Origin: Anaeromyxobacter sp.
GTDB taxonomy: Bacteria; Myxococcota; Myxococcia; Myxococcales; Anaeromyxobacteraceae
Reading direction: 5' to 3'
Length of the DNA: 64,000 nt
NCBI GenBank assembly: GCA_049840735.1
Contig: JASGJN010000022.1
Span: forward strand, 672,001 to 736,000
The first letter of the stretch is position 1, and the number at the start of each line of letters is the position of its first letter. The notes below the pieces were generated by a model. That model was not told the DNA's origin, ran no database searches, and saw only the letters and a program-made list of their open reading frames with translations. Shown piece after piece: positions 18,452 to 28,885 of this stretch. Position numbers and translations under genes: made by a program.

Positions 18452-19941
18452 CCAAAGCCCCCGCCCTGGCCTCCGCGGACGCCGCGGCCTCGGCCGCGCA
18501 GCGCTACGCCATCTCCAGCTACCACGACACCGACGAGGTCTACGCCCGGCTGAAGGAGCTGATCCGCCAGCCGCCCCGGCCGCTCCGGCGGGAGCGGATG
18601 CAGCAGGTGCTGGAGCACTTCGAGACCCGCCTGGCCGGTTCGCGCCGCCTCTCGGACGAGGCCAAGCGCTACATCCCGGGCGGCGTGCAGCACAACCTGG
18701 CCTTCAACCACCCGTTCCCGCTGGCCGTGGCGCGCGCCGAGGGGGCGCACCTCTGGGACGTGGACGGGAACCGCTACATCGACTTCCTCCAGGCGGGCGG
18801 GCCCACCGTGCTGGGCTCCAACCACGAGCCGGTCCGGCGCCAGGTGATCGAGCTGCTGGAGCGCTGCGGGCCGGTCACCGGCCTGCTGCACGAGTACGAG
18901 GCGAAGCTGGCCGCGCTGGTGCAGCGCTTCATGCCCTCCATCGAGCTGTTCCGGATGCTGGGCTCGGGCACCGAGGCGGTGATGGCCGCCGTCCGCGCCG
19001 CGCGCGCCTTCACCGGCAGGAAGAAGATCATCAAGGTGGGCGGCGCCTACCACGGCTGGAGCGACCAGCTGGTCTACGGCCTCCACGTGCCCGGCACCGG
19101 GCGGCTGGAGGCGGCCGGCATCCCGCGGGCCGCCAGCCGGCACACGCAGGAGTTCTTCCCCAACGACCTGGGCGCGCTGCGCCGCAAGCTCCGGCTCAAC
19201 CGGCTGCGCGGCGGGACCGCGGCGGTGATCCTCGAGCCGCTGGGGCCGGAGAGCGGCACGCGGCCGGTCCCGGCGGACTTCAACCGCGAGGTGCGCGCGC
19301 TCTGCGACGAGTTCGGCGCCCTGCTCATCTTCGACGAGGTGGTCACCGGCTTCCGCGTCGGCCTGGGCGGCGCGCAGGGCTACTTCGGCGTGAAGCCCGA
19401 CCTGACCGTCTTCGGCAAGTGCATCAGCGGCGGCTATCCCATGGCCGGCGGCGTCGGCGGCCGCAAGGACGTGATGCTCCGCTTCGCGGCGGGGATCGGC
19501 GGCATCGGCGAGCGCGCGTACGTGGGCGGCACCCTCTCGGCCAACCCGCTCTCCTGCGTGGCCGGGTACCACGCGCTGCTGGAGATGGAGCGGCTGGACG
19601 CGCCGGTGGTGGCGGGGCGCGCCGGCGACCGGCTCACGCGCGGCTTGCAGGAGATCATCGAGCGGAGGAAGCTGCCCTACGTGGCCTACAACCAGGGCTC
19701 CATCGTCCACCTCGAGACCTCGGGCGTCATGCTGCTGGACCTCCGCAACCCGCTCAAGCTGGCGCGCGAGCTCAAGCCGCGGAAGCACATGCTGGAGGAG
19801 ATGGGGGCGGCCTACCTGGCGGCGGGGCTGGTCACGCTGGCCGGCAGCCGCATGTACACCAGCATCGCCGACACCGACGCGGTGATCGACGACGCGCTGG
19901 GCCGCTTCGACGAGGTGCTCTCCGGCGTCGAGGGCGCCTAG
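18448..19941 (+). CDS. Class III PLP aminotransferase, glutamate-1-semialdehyde aminomutase (HemL)-like
   Basis: IPGGV, WDVDGNRYIDF, SGTEAVM.AVR.AR, YHGWSD, LIFDEVVTGFR, DLTVFGK, GGTLSANP; GTGA overlap with the aldolase. Confidence 0.92.
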   Translation: MTKAPALASADAAASAAQRYAISSYHDTDEVYARLKELIRQPPRPLRRERMQQVLEHFETRLAGSRRLSDEAKRYIPGGVQHNLAFNHPFPLAVARAEGAHLWDVDGNRYIDFLQAGGPTVLGSNHEPVRRQVIELLERCGPVTGLLHEYEAKLAALVQRFMPSIELFRMLGSGTEAVMAAVRAARAFTGRKKIIKVGGAYHGWSDQLVYGLHVPGTGRLEAAGIPRAASRHTQEFFPNDLGALRRKLRLNRLRGGTAAVILEPLGPESGTRPVPADFNREVRALCDEFGALLIFDEVVTGFRVGLGGAQGYFGVKPDLTVFGKCISGGYPMAGGVGGRKDVMLRFAAGIGGIGERAYVGGTLSANPLSCVAGYHALLEMERLDAPVVAGRAGDRLTRGLQEIIERRKLPYVAYNQGSIVHLETSGVMLLDLRNPLKLARELKPRKHMLEEMGAAYLAAGLVTLAGSRMYTSIADTDAVIDDALGRFDEVLSGVEGA

Positions 19942-19944
19942 CGC

Positions 19945-21542
19945 GTGGCCGCCCGGCGCGTCACGCTGGCGCTCGACCTGGGCACCTCCGGCGTGAAGGT
20001 CGCGCTGGTGGACCAGGACGGCGCCGTCCTCGGCTTCGAGGGCGTGCCGGTCGAGACCCACGTCACGCCGGACGGCGGCGCCGAGCAGGCGCCGGAGGAC
20101 TGGTGGCGCGGGTTCCTGGAGGCCTCGCGCCGGCTCCTGGCGCGCGGGCTCTGCGCGCGCGGCGAGGTGGCCGCAGTCTGCTGCTCCACCCAGGGCGAGG
20201 GCACGGTGCCGGTCGACCGCGACGGCCAGCCCCTGATGCGCTGCATCCTCTGGATGGACATGCGCGGCGCCGGGCCGCTGGCCCGGCAGTTCCGCGGCCG
20301 GCTCAACCTGGCCGGCGCCTCGGCCTGGCGCGTGCTGCGCTGGATCCGCCTCACCGGCGGGATGCCCTCCATGACCGGCAAGGACCCCGCCGGCCACATG
20401 CTGCTGGTGCGCGACCGCTTCCCCGAGGTCTACGCCCGCACCCACAAGTTCCTGAACGTCCTCGACTACCTCAACCTGCGGCTCACCGGCCGCTACGTGG
20501 CCACCCACGACTCCATCCTCACCTCCTGGGTGACCGACAACCGCGACCCCGACCGGATCCGCTACCACCCGGCGCTGCTGCGGGGCTGCGGCATCGACGC
20601 CGACAAGCTGCCGGAGATCGTCCCCTGCACCGCCGCGCTGGGGCCGCTGCGCCGCGAGGTGGCGGACGCGCTGGGGCTGTCCGCGGAGGTGCAGGTGGTG
20701 GCCGGCGCCATCGACAACACCGCCGCCGCCGTCGGCTCCGGCGCGGTAGCCGACCGGGCGCTGCACCTCTACCTGGGCACGTCCACCTGGATGGCCGCCC
20801 ACGTCCCCTGGAAGAAGACCGACCTGGGGAGCGCGCTGGCCTCGGTCCCCTGCGCCCTGCCCGGGCGCTGGCTCCTCACCGCCCTGCAGGCCACCGGCGG
20901 CGGCAACCTGGCCTTCCTGCGCGACCGGATCCTCTATCACCGCGACGCGCTGCTGCAGGAGGCGGGCGTCCCGGACGTCTTCAAGATCATGGACCGGATG
21001 GCGGCCGAGGTGCCGGCCGGCGCCAACGGCGTCCTCTACACGCCCTGGATTCTGGGGCGAGCGCGCGCCGGTGGAGGACCGGACGCTGCGCGCCGGCATC
21101 CTCAACCTCTCGCTGGGCAACGACCGCGCCGACCTGGTGCGCGCCTTCCTGGAGGGCGTGGCCCTCAACTCGCGCTGGCTCCTGGGGCCGGTGCAGCGCT
21201 TCCTGGGCGGGCGGGTGGAGCGGCTGCGGCTGGCCGGCGGCGGCGCCGCGTCCGACGTCTGGTGCCGAGATCTACGCCGACGTGCTGGGCGCCGAGGTGG
21301 ACCAGGTGGAGGACCCGGTGCAGGCCAACGCCCGCGGCGCCGGCCTCATCGCCGCCGCCGGGCTGGGCTGGCTGGACCTGCGCGAGGCCGGGGCGCGCGT
21401 GCCGGTCCGGCGGACCTACGCGCCCACCGCGGCGCACCGCGCCGTCTACGACGAGCGCTACGCGGTCTTCGTGGACGCCTACCGCCGCCTGCGCGGCCTC
21501 TACCGCCGGCTCAACGCCCGGCCAGCCCCCCCGGAGCCCTGA
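19945..21542 (+). CDS. FGGY-family carbohydrate kinase (xylulokinase-like); frameshifts near 21055 and 21265
   Basis: LDLGTSGVK, EQ.PEDWW, ILWMDMR, LGTSTW, GERAP, RAFLEGVA, GGGAASDVW; pieces in three frames ending at TGA 21542. Confidence 0.88.
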
Positions 21543-22761
21543 TGGCCACCGCCGTCCTCGCCGCGCCGGCCTACCCGCGTTACCGGTTCGTGGTGCTGGC
21601 GGTGTTCATGCTGGTCAACCTGACCATCCAGATCCTCTGGAGCTCGTACGCCACCATCACCGGGCTGGCGGCGCGCTTCCACGGGGTGAGCGATCTCGCC
21701 ATCGGCCTGCTGGGGATGGTCTTCATGATCGCCTTCGTGCCGCTCTCCTTCCCGGTCTCGTGGGCCATCGACCGCTTCGGCTTCCACCGCACCGTCGGGC
21801 TGGGCACCGTCCTCATGTCGGCGTTCGGCCTGCTGCGCGGGCTGGCCGGCGCCAGCTACCCGCTGGTGCTGGTGGGCTCCATCGGCATCGCCGCGGCGCA
21901 GCCCTTCCTGCTCAACGCCTGGACCACCGTGCCGGCGCGCTGGTTCCCGCCGCAGGAGCGGGCCACCGCGGTGGGCCTGGTGACCTTCGCCAACCTGGTG
22001 GGCACCGGCATCGGCTTCGCCCTCACGCCGGCGCTGGTGGCCCGCGCCTCCATCCCCTCGGTGCAGCTGCTCTACGGCGCCATCGCCGCGGTCTCGGCGC
22101 TGCTCTTCCTGGCGCTGGCCCGCGAGGCGCCGGCCGGCCAGGCCGGCCCGCTGGCGCCGGAGGCGCGGGCGCTGATGCTGGACGGGATCCGCCACGCCTT
22201 CTCGGTTCCGTCCTTCCGGCGCTACCTGGCGGTCTCGTTCGTGGGCATGGGCGTGTTCAACGGGCTGGCGCTCTGGATCGAGCCCATCATCCGGCCGCGC
22301 GGCTTCGGGGAGGAGCAGGCCGGGACGCTGGGCGCGGTCATGCTGGTGGGCGGGGTGGTGGGGGCGGTGGTGATCCCGCCATCTCCGACCGGCTCCGCCG
22401 GCGCAGGGTGTTCATCCTGGGCGGCATGGCGCTGGCCATCCCCGGCCTGCTGGGGCTGGCCTGGGCCACGACGCTGGCGGGGCTCCTGGCCGCGGTCTTC
22501 GGCCTGGGCTTCTTCCTGGTGGCCACCAGCCCGGTGGGCATGCAGTACGCCACCGAGATCACCCGGCCCACGCCGGAGGGGACCTCCAACGGCGTGGTGC
22601 AGCTGGCCGGCCAGCTCTCGGTGGTGTTCGTCTACGTGATGGAGGCGCTGCGCGGCGCGGACGGCTCCTTCACGCTGTCGCTGGTGCTGTCCGCCGCCGC
22701 GCTGGGGCTCTGCGCCCTGGCCGCCACCCGGCTCGTGGATCCACCCCGCGAGCCCAGCTGA
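21542..22761 (+). CDS. MFS transporter resembling the FLVCR/SLC49 family; frameshift near 22380
   Basis: YRFVVL.VF...N...QILW..YA.I, V.M...VP.SFP.SW.ID.FG, AQPFLLN.....ARWFP..ERATA; many TM helices; TGATG overlap with the kinase. Confidence 0.85.
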
Positions 22762-22773
22762 GCTGGAGACGCC

Positions 22774-23685
22774 ATGCGCCCGAGCCTGCCCCGGCCGACC
22801 CTCGCCCTGCTCCTGGCGGCGCTGCACCTCGCGCCGGCCCCCGCCGTCGCCGAGGAGGCGCAGGCGCCCCAGGGGCAGCACTGCATGGGCGAGCCGCGGA
22901 GCCGGGTCCTGCTCTCCAGCACGCTGGTGGCGCAGTCCGAGCCCATGGGGCTGGAGGAGCAGCTGCAGCTCGGCGCCTGCCGGCCGCTGCTGCGCACGCC
23001 GGGGATCCTCTTCGACCACACCAACGTGCAGGCCGGGCTGATCGTCTACGCCTCGCCGGTCTACGCCTTCCCCGGCGCCTTCGTCTCCATCGCGCCGCTC
23101 TCGGTGCTGGAGCTGCGCGCCGAGGCGGCGCCGTTCTGGGTCTGGCCCCTCGGCCTGGACGGCGCCGGCTACTTCCCGCGCGGCAGCGCGGACGAGCAGT
23201 TCGAGGACCTGCCCGCCGAGCAGGCGGAGTCGGCCAGCGGCTGGACCGCGACCTTCACCGGCACGCTGCAGGCCGAGGTGGAGCTGGCGCCGGGGCTCAC
23301 GCTCGCGGCGGTGGACGTGCTGTCCTGGTCCTTCTGGGACGTGGGGGACGCGCCCTACTACTACCACCCGCGCTACGACTTCACCTTGGCGCGGGAGGAC
23401 TGGGTGGGGAAGAACCAGGCCTTCCTGCTGGTGGGCCACCGGTTCTCGCCGACGCTGGTGGTGCGGGCCGGCGTGAACGACGAGTGGATGGGCTCGGCCC
23501 GGGCCGGGATCACCCAGAACATCCTGGCCGCAGCGCTGACCGCCGACGTGGCCGGCTGGCCGCGCCGGGGCGACCTCCTGCAGCCGTTCCTGCGCGTGGG
23601 CGGCTTCACCCACCACGAGTTCCGCACCGGGCTGGCCGTGCTGGGCGGCGTGGGGGTGACCTGGGACGTGACGCCCGGGCGGTGA
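22774..23685 (+). CDS. Exported hypothetical protein, possibly an outer-membrane beta-barrel; last gene of the operon
   Basis: GGAG RBS, 12-bp gap after MFS, signal peptide, aromatic-rich alternating strands, C-terminal GVGVTWD. Confidence 0.65.
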   Translation: MRPSLPRPTLALLLAALHLAPAPAVAEEAQAPQGQHCMGEPRSRVLLSSTLVAQSEPMGLEEQLQLGACRPLLRTPGILFDHTNVQAGLIVYASPVYAFPGAFVSIAPLSVLELRAEAAPFWVWPLGLDGAGYFPRGSADEQFEDLPAEQAESASGWTATFTGTLQAEVELAPGLTLAAVDVLSWSFWDVGDAPYYYHPRYDFTLAREDWVGKNQAFLLVGHRFSPTLVVRAGVNDEWMGSARAGITQNILAAALTADVAGWPRRGDLLQPFLRVGGFTHHEFRTGLAVLGGVGVTWDVTPGR

Positions 23686-23720
23686 GGTGCCGGGAGCCCG
23701 GAGCCGCTCCCTGGCGCCTT

Positions 23721-23791
23721 CCCGTTCGGCCTGAGCGTAGGGCCCGCCATCCGGCGGGCCCGGAGTCGAAGGCCAGGCCTCGACTCCGGGC
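23721..23791 (-). repeat. REP-like element with internal hairpin between convergent genes
   Basis: CCCGTTCGGCCTGAGCGTAG-[GGCCCGCCATCCGGCGGGCC]-CGGAGTCGAAGGCC plus inverted GGCCTCGACTCCGGG. Confidence 0.75.
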
Positions 23792-23805
23792 ATCGCCGCA
23801 GACCC

Positions 23806-25155
23806 CTACAGCGGGATGGCCTTCCCGTTCACCTCGAGCGCACCCTTGGTGAAGCGCAGCTTGCTCTTCACCACCGCGCCGTCGCGCACCACGAAGCCGC
23901 GCGACACGGCCTCGTCGATGAGGCGGTCGGCCGCCTCGGGGTCGGCGGGCACGCCGGCCTCCTCGGCCTTGCTGGCCGAGATCTTCTGCACCCAGGCCAC
24001 CGGGACCACCGCGTCGGCGGTGACCGTGGCCTTGGAGATCAGGGCCATGGGCGGCTGGCCGCCGTCCTCCTCGGTCACGCCCTTCACGGCGGCGTCGAAG
24101 GAGAACTCGCCCTGCTGGCCGTCGATCACCACCACCAGCTTGTCCACGGCGTAGTGCGGCTCGCGGGACAGCAGCTTCAGCAGGTCGGGCTGGATGGCCT
24201 CGAACAGCTCGCCGGGGCCGGACGCATTCTCCCGCTCGGAGAGCGCCGCCGAGAGCTTCTTGTAGGTGACCGCGTCCACCCGGTCGATCGAGAGGTGCAG
24301 CTCCACCTTGTCGATTCGAGAGGTCGTTCACGCGGCCGCTGCCGGTGAAGCTGCTCTGGCTGGCCAGCAGCCCATCCTCGATCACGTTCTTGAACCCGAA
24401 CTCGAGGTCCTTGAAGGCCACCGCGGTGCCCTTGGTGGGTGCCGCCTCCGGATCGAACGGCGAGGCCTTGGCCGGCTCGCTGAAGTCGAACAGCTCAAGC
24501 TCGCCCTCGCCCTGGCCCGCGCCCAGGTAGTCCTGGCCGGTGGGCTCCGAGACGAGGTGGAGCTTGAAGCCGCGCAGCGTGGCGCGGCCGCCGCCGTGCT
24601 CGGCGAACTCGAACCCGGGGACCGCGACGGTGTACTCGATCGGATGGCCGAGGCCGCGCCCGTGGAACTCGCCGGTGATCCCGTCCCACTTCAGGCGATC
24701 GCCGTCCTTGTCGTAGACGAAGGCAGGGCTGTCCAGGTGGGCGGTGAAGTGGCCGGTCAGGCCCACCACGGTGCGCAGGGTGAGCGGGGACTTCTCGCCC
24801 ATCACCTCGGTCACCTTCTCCTTCACCTCGTCCGGCACCACCAGCTCGGTTCCACCACCGCGCGCCCCAGCGTGCGGAACCCAGGCAGCGGCCCGTTCAG
24901 GATCCGGCTCCGGAAGGTGATGGCGGGGGAGCCGTCGGCCGCCTTCTGGTAGCGGACGGTGACGGTGGAGGTCGAGCTGAGGAAGCCGCGCTCGAACCCG
25001 CTCTCCTCGATGATCAGCCCCGGCACCTCCTCCTGCAGCTTGTCCAGCTCGGCGGTGAGCCCGCGCTCGATGGACCTGCTCATGTACAGCGTGGTGGAGA
25101 GCCAGGCCAGGGCCAGGAACGCCACCACGGCCCCTGCGACGACGATCTTCTTCAC
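23806..25155 (-). CDS. YdgA/DUF945-family protein; frameshifts near 24848 and 24320
   Basis: GAGGGGGAG RBS; KKIVVAG + TM, ERGFLSS, I.NGPLP, C-terminal G.LEVNGKAIPL. Confidence 0.75.
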
Positions 25156-25327
25156 GTACTCCCCCTCGAGCGCGGCGCGCTCCCGGTGTGGATAGGGGGG
25201 AGAGTCTAGCCCGCCGCGGCGAGCCCCGAGGCGACGCCGGTCAGGCGCAGGTGCGGCGGTTTGTCCTGTGTCGGAGGGACGCCGGCCACGGGCGCACCGG
25301 GATCGCGGACGCACGGTCCGGATCCGC

Positions 25328-28087
25328 TCAGCGCCTTCGCGCGGTCACTTCAGCCAGCGCGGCCCGGGCGTCGGGCGCGAGCGGGCCGCGGCCGGCGGCC
25401 TTGACCGCGCGCGTGGCGAGCGTCCTGGCCCCGGCGCGGTCGCCCTGGGCGTCGGCGGCGCGCGCCGCGGCCATGAGCAGGCGCGGGTCGTCGGGCGCGC
25501 GGGCCAGGCCGCGCGCCGCCGCCCGCCTGGCCTCCCGCGGCTGCCCTTCGGCGAGCCAGGCGGCGGAGACGATGCGGAGCGCCTCCAGGTCGGCGGGGCG
25601 CGCCAGCAGCACCGCGTCCGCCGCGGCGCGGGCCGCCGGCGGGTGGCCCGCGGCCAGCTCGGCCGCCGCCAGCGAGCGGCGCGCCTCCAGGTCGGCGGGA
25701 TCGGCGCTCACCGCCTGCTGCAGCTCCGGCAGGGCGCCGGTCGCGTCGCCGCGGGCCAGCAGGAGCGCCCCCAGGGCGGCGCGCGGCTCGGGCGCGGCGG
25801 CGTCGCGGGCGATGGCCGCGCGGAAGGCGGCCTCGGCGTCGGCCCCGCGCCCCTCGGCGGCCAGCGCCTGGCCCAGCGCCACGGCGGTGAGCGGCTGCGG
25901 CGCGCGGGCCCCGGAGAGCCGCTCCAGGAGCTCGCGGGCGCGCGCGGCCTTCCCGCTGCGCAGGTCGCAGACCGCGTACCAGACGGCGGCCTCGGCCGGC
26001 ATCTTGCCGTCGCGCGCGGTCCGCTCCAGCTCGGCGCGCGCCTCCGGGATCTGCCCCAGCTGCAGCCGGGCCACGCCGCGCAGCGTCCGCAGCGTCCGGT
26101 CGTCGCCGCTCCCGGCCGCGGCCAGCGCCTCCACGTAGCGGCCCCGGGCGATGCGGGCGCGGGCCAGCAGCGCCCGGGCGTTCACGTCGCCCGGCGCCAG
26201 CACGGTGGCCCGCGCGGCGGCGGCCTCGGCCCGGTCCCAGGCGCGGGCGGCCAGCTGGACCTCGGCCACCGCCAGCAGCAGCGGCGCGCTCTCGCCCAGC
26301 CGCGCCGCCGCGCGCCCCAGCCGCGCCGCGGCGTCGGCCGGCGCGCCGGTGGCGGCCAGCACGCGCGCGCTGGCCAGCTCGAAGCGGAGCCGCAGGTCGA
26401 GCGGCGGGGTGCTGCCGGCGTCGGCCTCCACCGCGGCCAGCTCGCGGCGCGAGCCGTCCAGGTCGCGCCCCAGCGCCAGCCGGGCCTCGGCCGCGCCCAC
26501 GGCGGCGCGCGGGTAGGTGGGGTGCGCCGTGAGCGCCGTGCCGTGCCAGGTCAGCGCCGCCTCTGCGTCGCCGGCCGCCAGCGCGGCGTCGCCCAGGTCG
26601 GCCAGGGCGCGCAGCAGCGGGGGCGTGGTCTGCGCCGCCTGCTCGAGCCGGGCGCGGCCGGAGACGGCCTCGCCGCGCGAGAGCAGGATCCGGCCGCCCA
26701 GCGCCTTCACCATGGGCTCGGCCGAGTCGACCGTGAGCACCGCCTGCTCGGCCTGCTTGCGCTCGGCGGCGGAGGTGGCCAGCAGCGCCCGGGCCACCAG
26801 CGCCCCATCGCCGGCGTCGGGGTCGTCGATCAGGGCGGTGGCCAGGGCGCGGGCCTCGGCGTCGCCGTAGTCCACCGCGCGCACCGCGGCGATCTGCGCG
26901 GCCAGGGAGGTCAGCTCGGGGTTGCCGGAGCTGCGGCGCACCGCGGCCAGGAGGTCGGCGGCCTCGGCCAGCGCGCCGGCGGTGTCGCGCGCCAGCCCGG
27001 CGCGCGCGCGGGGCGCGGCCTCCTGGGCCAGCCGCTCGGTCCGCGCCGACAGGACCAGCCAGGCTCCGCCGGCCACCGCCACCAGCACGGCGGCCAGGGC
27101 CAGCCAGCGCCAGCGCCGGCCGGGCGGAGGCGCGGCGGCGTCCTCGGCCAGGAAGCGCTCGCGGACGCGCTGCTCGTACTCGGCAGTGACGCGCTGGGCC
27201 TCCTCCTCGTCCACCGCGGCCGGGCGGGCCGGAGCCGGCGCCGGCTCGGGGCGGGCGGGCGCGGCGGTGCCGGGCAGCATCGAGAGGAGCGAGCGCGGGA
27301 GCTCGTCGCGGCCCAGGCCGGCGGGCGGAGCGGACGCGCGGATGGGCGGTGGTGCGGGCGGCGGCACCGGCGGGGCCGGGGGCGCCGCCGCGGCAGGGGC
27401 CGCCGCGGGCGCGGGCTGCACGGGCCTGGCCGGCGCGGGCGCTGCGAGCGGCGCCGGCAGGGGCGCGATGGGCGTGGGGGCGCTGCTGGAGGCGGGGATC
27501 TGCACCCGCTTCAGCAGCGGGGCCTGGATGGTGACCTCCTGCGTGTCCGCGGTGCTCCGCTCCGGCTGCGGCTCCGGCCTGGGCGCGATGGGGCGGTAGG
27601 GCTCGGTGGTCTCCTCGTCCACCTGGGCGGCCGCCAGCGGGCGCGGGCGGGCCTGGGCGGCCGCCGCGCCCGCGTCTCCGCCGGCGGCGCGGCGCCGCGC
27701 CTCCTCGAGCCAGCCGCGCACGCGCGGATCGGCAGGCTGCAGCTCGGCGGCGCGCGCCAGCACCGGGAGCGCCTGGCGGTACTGGCCCTTGGCCAGGAGC
27801 GCCTCGCCGATCAGGTTGTAGGCGTAGGGCCGGGCCGGATCGATGGCGATGGCGATGTCGAACTGGTCGGAGGCTGCCGCCGGGTCGCCGCGCTCGAGCA
27901 GCGCGCGTCCCCAAATCACGCGTCCCAGGATCGAGGAGGGGTGGTGCTCCAGCCCCTGCTGGCAGACCTCGATGGCGCGCTGGGCGTCGCCCTTGTCGAG
28001 CAGCGCGCGCGCGAGCTCCACGAAGATGCGCGAGCGGGGGTCGGCGGCCAGGATCTGCTCGTATTTCTCGACGATGGAGGCGGACAT
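25328..28087 (-). CDS. Bitopic TPR protein (N-terminal TPRs, Pro-rich linker, TM helix, C-terminal TPR array), myxobacterial type
   Basis: MSASIVEKYEQILAADPRSRIFVELARAL, AYNLIGEALL TPRs; WRWLALAAVLVAVAGGAWLVL TM. Confidence 0.85.
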   Translation of the reverse strand: MSASIVEKYEQILAADPRSRIFVELARALLDKGDAQRAIEVCQQGLEHHPSSILGRVIWGRALLERGDPAAASDQFDIAIAIDPARPYAYNLIGEALLAKGQYRQALPVLARAAELQPADPRVRGWLEEARRRAAGGDAGAAAAQARPRPLAAAQVDEETTEPYRPIAPRPEPQPERSTADTQEVTIQAPLLKRVQIPASSSAPTPIAPLPAPLAAPAPARPVQPAPAAAPAAAAPPAPPVPPPAPPPIRASAPPAGLGRDELPRSLLSMLPGTAAPARPEPAPAPARPAAVDEEEAQRVTAEYEQRVRERFLAEDAAAPPPGRRWRWLALAAVLVAVAGGAWLVLSARTERLAQEAAPRARAGLARDTAGALAEAADLLAAVRRSSGNPELTSLAAQIAAVRAVDYGDAEARALATALIDDPDAGDGALVARALLATSAAERKQAEQAVLTVDSAEPMVKALGGRILLSRGEAVSGRARLEQAAQTTPPLLRALADLGDAALAAGDAEAALTWHGTALTAHPTYPRAAVGAAEARLALGRDLDGSRRELAAVEADAGSTPPLDLRLRFELASARVLAATGAPADAAARLGRAAARLGESAPLLLAVAEVQLAARAWDRAEAAAARATVLAPGDVNARALLARARIARGRYVEALAAAGSGDDRTLRTLRGVARLQLGQIPEARAELERTARDGKMPAEAAVWYAVCDLRSGKAARARELLERLSGARAPQPLTAVALGQALAAEGRGADAEAAFRAAIARDAAAPEPRAALGALLLARGDATGALPELQQAVSADPADLEARRSLAAAELAAGHPPAARAAADAVLLARPADLEALRIVSAAWLAEGQPREARRAAARGLARAPDDPRLLMAAARAADAQGDRAGARTLATRAVKAAGRGPLAPDARAALAEVTARRR

Positions 28088-28252
28088 GCGGGCGCTCGGG
28101 GCGGAGCGAGCGTACCACGCAAGCTCGCCCCTCCGACCCGCCGCAGGCAAGACCACGGGGTGGGATGTCGGCGGGTGTAGACGCAGACATCCGACCACAT
28201 CAGGGCACTGGCGCCCGTGACGCAGGGTGTAACGGGCCCGGGGCGGTGCGGC

Positions 28253-28885
28253 TCACTCCACCAGCCGGTGCTTCAGCGCGTAGCGGGCGATCTCCACGGC
28301 GCTGGAGAGCCCCAGCTTCTCGGCGATGCGGGCCCGGTAGGTGGCCACCGTCCGCTCCGAGAGGTGCAGCTCGGAGGCGACCTCCTTGAGCGAGCGGCCC
28401 AGCGCCACCAGCCGCAGCACCTGCAGCTCCCGGGGCGTGAGCACGTCGTGGGTGGGGGCGGGGACGTCGCCGCCGATGGTCCCGGCCAGCCGCTCGGCCA
28501 GGGCCGGGGTGACGTACTTGCCGCCGGCCAGCGCGCGCTTCGCCGCGGCCAGGATCTCGGCCAATCCGCTGGTCTTGGTGACGTAGCCGGACGCGCCGAG
28601 CTTGAGGCAGCGCAGCGCGAACTCCTCCTCGGCGTAGGCGCTCACCACCAGCACCGGCAGGCGCGGCCACCGCTGCCGCAGGTCGGCCAGGATCTCCAGG
28701 CCGCCGCGGCCGGGCAGGTTGAGGTCCACCAGCACCAGGTCCCAGGTCCCGGACTGCAGCTGCGCGGTGGCCTCCTCGGAGGTGGCCGCCTCGCCGAACT
28801 GCGCGCCGGGCAGCTTGCCGGCCAGCGCCTGCTCGATGCCGCGCCGGGCGATCTCGTGGTCGTCGATGATGAGGACGCGGGTCAC
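28253..28885 (-). CDS. NarL/LuxR-family response regulator
   Basis: VLIIDDH, DLVLVDLNLPG, GASGYVTK, LTPRELQVL...LSERTVATYRARI.EKL. Confidence 0.95.
   Translation of the reverse strand: MTRVLIIDDHEIARRGIEQALAGKLPGAQFGEAATSEEATAQLQSGTWDLVLVDLNLPGRGGLEILADLRQRWPRLPVLVVSAYAEEEFALRCLKLGASGYVTKTSGLAEILAAAKRALAGGKYVTPALAERLAGTIGGDVPAPTHDVLTPRELQVLRLVALGRSLKEVASELHLSERTVATYRARIAEKLGLSSAVEIARYALKHRLVE

Noticed and set aside
18448..19941. Calling this gene hemL (heme synthesis)
   Set aside because: Substrate-loop residues differ and the context is catabolic; the gene symbol is withheld.
16460..22390. Programmed frameshifting in the catabolic cluster
   Set aside because: No slippery heptamers seen at the breaks, and similar breaks occur window-wide, which is better explained by sequencing error.
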